DNA of 63,911 nucleotides, the filler included. It is 8 parts of 8 records of this genome, joined end to end, with 100 filler letters (N's around TTAATTAATTAA, not from the genome) between each part and the next. Parts side by side here need not be neighbours in the genome. Positions count along the whole stretch, not along the records: positions 58,759 to 63,911 come from SRR31156797_11427; 7 more parts are not named here. One strand, given 5' to 3'. Shown here in pieces: positions 60,787 through 63,911 of the stretch. The notes below the pieces were generated by a model that searched no databases, was not told where the DNA came from, and saw nothing but the letters and a program-made list of their open reading frames with translations. Made by a program: the position numbers and the translations under genes. Positions within the stretch are counted from its first letter, which is position 1, and each line of letters opens with the position of its first letter.

Positions 60787-63729
60787 ATGAAACTAAAATT
60801 TTTACGTATTCATTTACCACTGCACATTGTTATAGCCATATTTTTCATCACTCTGATCGTTATCTTTGGCTCTATCCTTGGATGGTACAATTATAAAAAG
60901 ACAGCAGAACTGTTACTTGATGCTTCAGAAGAAGTGTTCAACCGGGTCAATAAAGAGTTAAGCTTGGATTACATCGGCACATATAAGCCTGTTGCTACAG
61001 CGGTTATCATCATCAGTAATACCGATCTGGTTGAAGCTGAAACTCTGGATGAACGGTTATTTTATTTACCTATGCTGCAGGCCGCACTGCAGGAGGAACC
61101 CCATGTATCAGGGCTTGAAGTTGGATACCCCAATGGGGATTTTTTTATTGTCCGTCCTTTGAATCAGGAATATATGCGGACCCGCTTTAATGCGCCTGAC
61201 AAAGCCTCCCTAGTGGTGGATAATGTGCATACTGCAGCTGATGGGATCAGGTACCAACAGCGTTTCTGGTACAGCCGTTCGCTGCAAGAACTACAGCGAA
61301 CGGATCTGGAAAAAACATCCTATGATCCACGGGTACGCCCCTGGTATACCATTGCTCGTGGTGATCAAAAGGTGCAGAGTACCGATCCCTATCTTTTTCA
61401 TTTTATAGATCAGGTTGGATTTACAATTTCTTACAGATCTATGCCATCAGGTGCTGTCGTAGCAGGGGATGTAACCTTGGTTCAACTTTCAGAGACCCTA
61501 GCCAGCCATAAGATGACAGAGCATTCGGAGATCGTTATTTTATCAGAAGACGGTTTTGCGGTTGCTTACCAAGATCCTGAAATGTTGGAAAAAAAATCTA
61601 AAAGAAAAGAACATGACTTGCCCCGGGTAGAGGACCTAAGCAGCGATGTATTATCCTATGCCAGTAAAGCAATCAGTTTTGATAACCAGGTTGTGGATTT
61701 TCATTTTCAAGGCGAGCGCTGGTTGGGAGGTATTCGGGAACTCGATAGTCTGCTCAAAAGTTCTGGGTATTATCTGGCGATGTTGTCTCCTGAAAAAGAG
61801 TTAATGGCTAAGGCCATAAGTATCCAAATGAAAGGAGCCTTGATAATTCTGTTTCTTGTTATCGTGACAGGGCCGATTTCGCTGGTTTTAGCAAGGTTAA
61901 TTGCTACTCCACTGCGCAAGCTCGCGGTCCGTGCTCAAAAAATAAGTAACTTTGACTTTTCCCTGCAGGATACTGAAGGTTCAGCTATCAAAGAGGTTGA
62001 TGAACTGTCAAGAGTAATGCGACTGATGCAGACAACTATCAGCCAATTTACTTTACTTATTAACTCTCTGGCTAGTGAACAGGATTTTGATGCCCTGCTG
62101 GCTACTATTACCAGTGAGACTCTTCATATCTGTAAGGCAGATGCTGCAGTTGCTTATCTTGTCGATGAAACAGGCCACAAATTGGCACCTGGAATGGTTT
62201 ATGGCCGAGATGGAAGTTGTGAGGATTTTAAAGGGTTAGATGTGATTTCCCTAACCGAAAAATCAAAAATGGCAAACGTGTTGCGTACCGGTAACTTGGA
62301 AGTCAAACATGTGCTCGCTGGTGGAACAGATGGCTTTGCTCCTGTTTTTTCGATTATTGAGGCGCAGTCAATGGATGTCTTCATGCTTCCCCTTCGTAAC
62401 AGGCAGAAAGAGGGAGTGGGGGTGCTATGTATTTGTTATGGGAAGACTGGTGACCAGTATGGTTCCATTGAAAAAGATCATGTAGCTTTTGCGGAGGCAA
62501 TTTCAGGATTTGCAGCAGTTACATTGGAAAGCCGTAAGATGTTGAAGATGCAAAAGCAACTTCTCGAGTCATTCATCATGCTTCTAGCTGGTGCTATTGA
62601 TGCTAAATCACCTTATACAGGTGGGCATTGTCAGAGAGTGCCGGTGTTGACAAAATTATTGGCACAAAAAGCCTGCGAATGCAGCACTGGTACTTTTGCA
62701 GATTATTCGATGAATTCCGAACAGTGGGAGGCATTGCATATTGCCTCCTGGCTCCATGATTGCGGTAAGGTAACCACACCTGAGTACGTTGTTGATAAGG
62801 CAACAAAACTGGAAACCATTTACGATAGAATCCATGAAATACGAATGCGGTTTGAAGTTTTGAAAAGGGATGCTCACATAGATTATTGGCAGCAGGTTCA
62901 TGCAGGTGGAAATCAAGAGCTGCTTTATCAGGATTTAGAGAAGCAGTGGCTGGTTCTTGATGAAGAATTTGCATTTGTTGCCAAATGCAACCTTGGTGGT
63001 GAATTTTTTGCGGATCAGGATAGAACACGGTTACAAAAAATTGCAGGCCGCCAGTGGCTGCGAACCATTGATGATCGGATCGGCATTGGGTGGGAAGAAC
63101 TACAGCGGAAGGAACGTGTAAAAGATCCAGCTTTACCGATAACTGAATACCTGCTTGCAGACAAGGAAGAGCATATTGTTGAACGAGCAAAAAATCAGAG
63201 AATCCGCAAGGAGGATGATTTTGGTTTTGTGGTTAATACCCCGCAGTACCTATATAACAGAGGAGAAGTTTATAACCTTTCAGTAAAGCGCGGTACTCTG
63301 ACCAATGAAGAGCGCTACAAAATTAATGATCATATCGTGCAGACGATTATTATGCTAAAGAAACTGCCTTACCCTAATCACCTGCAGGATGTTCCCGATA
63401 TAGCTGGCGGCCACCACGAAAAGATGGACGGTACGGGGTACCCTCGTCGGTTGGACTCAAAGCAATTGACTGTACCAGCAAAAATGATGGCTATAGCAGA
63501 CATCTTTGAGGCCCTTACAGCCTCTGATCGGCCATATAAAAAAGCGAAAAAGTTAAGTGAGGCAATTAGTATAATGGGGAGAATGGAAGAGGAAAACCAT
63601 ATTGATTCGACCCTGTTTCAACTCTTTCTTACCAGTGGTGCCTACAAGGAGTATGCAGACAAGTATCTCCTGCCGGAACAGATTGATGAAGTGGATTTAC
63701 AAGAATATGTAAGAAGTGGAGTTGCATAA
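60787..63729 (+). CDS. Membrane-bound HD-GYP phosphodiesterase (Cache-HAMP-GAF-HD-GYP)
   Basis: TM, YDPRVRPWY Cache motif, HAMP, GAF-like region, IDAKSPYTGGHCQRV, WLHDCGK, HHEKMDGTGYP, IADIFEALT..RPYK. Confidence 0.93.
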   Translation: MKLKFLRIHLPLHIVIAIFFITLIVIFGSILGWYNYKKTAELLLDASEEVFNRVNKELSLDYIGTYKPVATAVIIISNTDLVEAETLDERLFYLPMLQAALQEEPHVSGLEVGYPNGDFFIVRPLNQEYMRTRFNAPDKASLVVDNVHTAADGIRYQQRFWYSRSLQELQRTDLEKTSYDPRVRPWYTIARGDQKVQSTDPYLFHFIDQVGFTISYRSMPSGAVVAGDVTLVQLSETLASHKMTEHSEIVILSEDGFAVAYQDPEMLEKKSKRKEHDLPRVEDLSSDVLSYASKAISFDNQVVDFHFQGERWLGGIRELDSLLKSSGYYLAMLSPEKELMAKAISIQMKGALIILFLVIVTGPISLVLARLIATPLRKLAVRAQKISNFDFSLQDTEGSAIKEVDELSRVMRLMQTTISQFTLLINSLASEQDFDALLATITSETLHICKADAAVAYLVDETGHKLAPGMVYGRDGSCEDFKGLDVISLTEKSKMANVLRTGNLEVKHVLAGGTDGFAPVFSIIEAQSMDVFMLPLRNRQKEGVGVLCICYGKTGDQYGSIEKDHVAFAEAISGFAAVTLESRKMLKMQKQLLESFIMLLAGAIDAKSPYTGGHCQRVPVLTKLLAQKACECSTGTFADYSMNSEQWEALHIASWLHDCGKVTTPEYVVDKATKLETIYDRIHEIRMRFEVLKRDAHIDYWQQVHAGGNQELLYQDLEKQWLVLDEEFAFVAKCNLGGEFFADQDRTRLQKIAGRQWLRTIDDRIGIGWEELQRKERVKDPALPITEYLLADKEEHIVERAKNQRIRKEDDFGFVVNTPQYLYNRGEVYNLSVKRGTLTNEERYKINDHIVQTIIMLKKLPYPNHLQDVPDIAGGHHEKMDGTGYPRRLDSKQLTVPAKMMAIADIFEALTASDRPYKKAKKLSEAISIMGRMEEENHIDSTLFQLFLTSGAYKEYADKYLLPEQIDEVDLQEYVRSGVA

Positions 63730-63732
63730 ACT

Positions 63733-63760
63733 CAAACACCCGGCAAAAGCCGGGTGTTTG
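63733..63760. terminator. Bidirectional terminator
   Basis: CAAACACCCGGC-AAAA-GCCGGGTGTTTG between convergent genes. Confidence 0.75.
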
Positions 63761-63778
63761 TAAAGGAGCAGCTGCCTG

Positions 63779-63911
63779 TTATTTCATTACTGGTACAGGT
63801 CTCTTTTCTTTGTTGATGTATTTAACGAAAATCGGGAAGGCTACGAAAAATGATACACAAATTAGATATTCAATACCTTTTATATGGGTGTAGTAATCGA
63901 CCAGGGTGTGT
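63779..63911 (-). CDS. 3' part of a small single-TM protein resembling HmcD-type redox-complex subunits
   Basis: HTLVDYYTHIKGIEYLICVSFFVAFPIFVKYINKEKRPVPVMK*; start lies outside the window; family resemblance from memory. Confidence 0.45.
   Translation of the reverse strand, partial: HTLVDYYTHIKGIEYLICVSFFVAFPIFVKYINKEKRPVPVMK

Noticed and set aside
1-63911. CRISPR arrays, rRNA genes, prophage or anti-phage defence operons
   Set aside because: No regularly spaced direct repeats, rRNA-like sequence or phage/defence hallmark genes were seen, apart from the single TA pair.

Overview
This window is not one genomic locus. It is eight unrelated contigs joined by 100-nt N spacers, each carrying a TTAATTAATTAA all-frame-stop linker, and is probably from a marine or sediment metagenome. 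Taxonomic labels below are inferred from gene content and composition. (1) 1-5505, Desulfobacterota-like: cyclase, FAD oxidoreductase, an IS-truncated and frameshifted large CFI-box protein, and a RelE/ParE TA pair. (2) 5606-11982, Desulfobacterota-like: gltBD, YbaK, an AT-rich exostosin-like glycosyltransferase, and an M1 aminopeptidase. (3) 12083-18474, low-GC Fusobacteriota/Firmicute-like: a mannitol PTS operon split at an A9 tract, and tatACB. (4) 18575-34360, Vibrio: fadIJ, ECF sigma/anti-sigma, tandem fadL, cobO, asmA, udk, and an unannotated sRNA with an FNR-type promoter. (5) 34461-42344, Bacteroidota: a candidate chaperone-usher-like pilus locus (two paralogous pilin-like proteins, an usher-like outer-membrane protein, a PapD-like chaperone) interleaved with a TPR-PP2C regulator. 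(6) 42445-50776, Fusobacteriota-like: TPP riboswitch with thiamine pyrophosphokinase, and a His-leader attenuator upstream of an amino-acid ABC transporter. (7) 50877-58658, Bacteroidota: a polysaccharide locus with wbpB, upxY and sulfate uptake/activation genes. (8) 58759-63911, Desulfobulbales-like: CAAX protease and a large HD-GYP phosphodiesterase. The best novelty candidate is the Bacteroidota pilus-like locus, followed by the FNR-type sRNA, the mtlA slippery site and the His attenuator. All calls come from motif recognition by eye; no database search was run.
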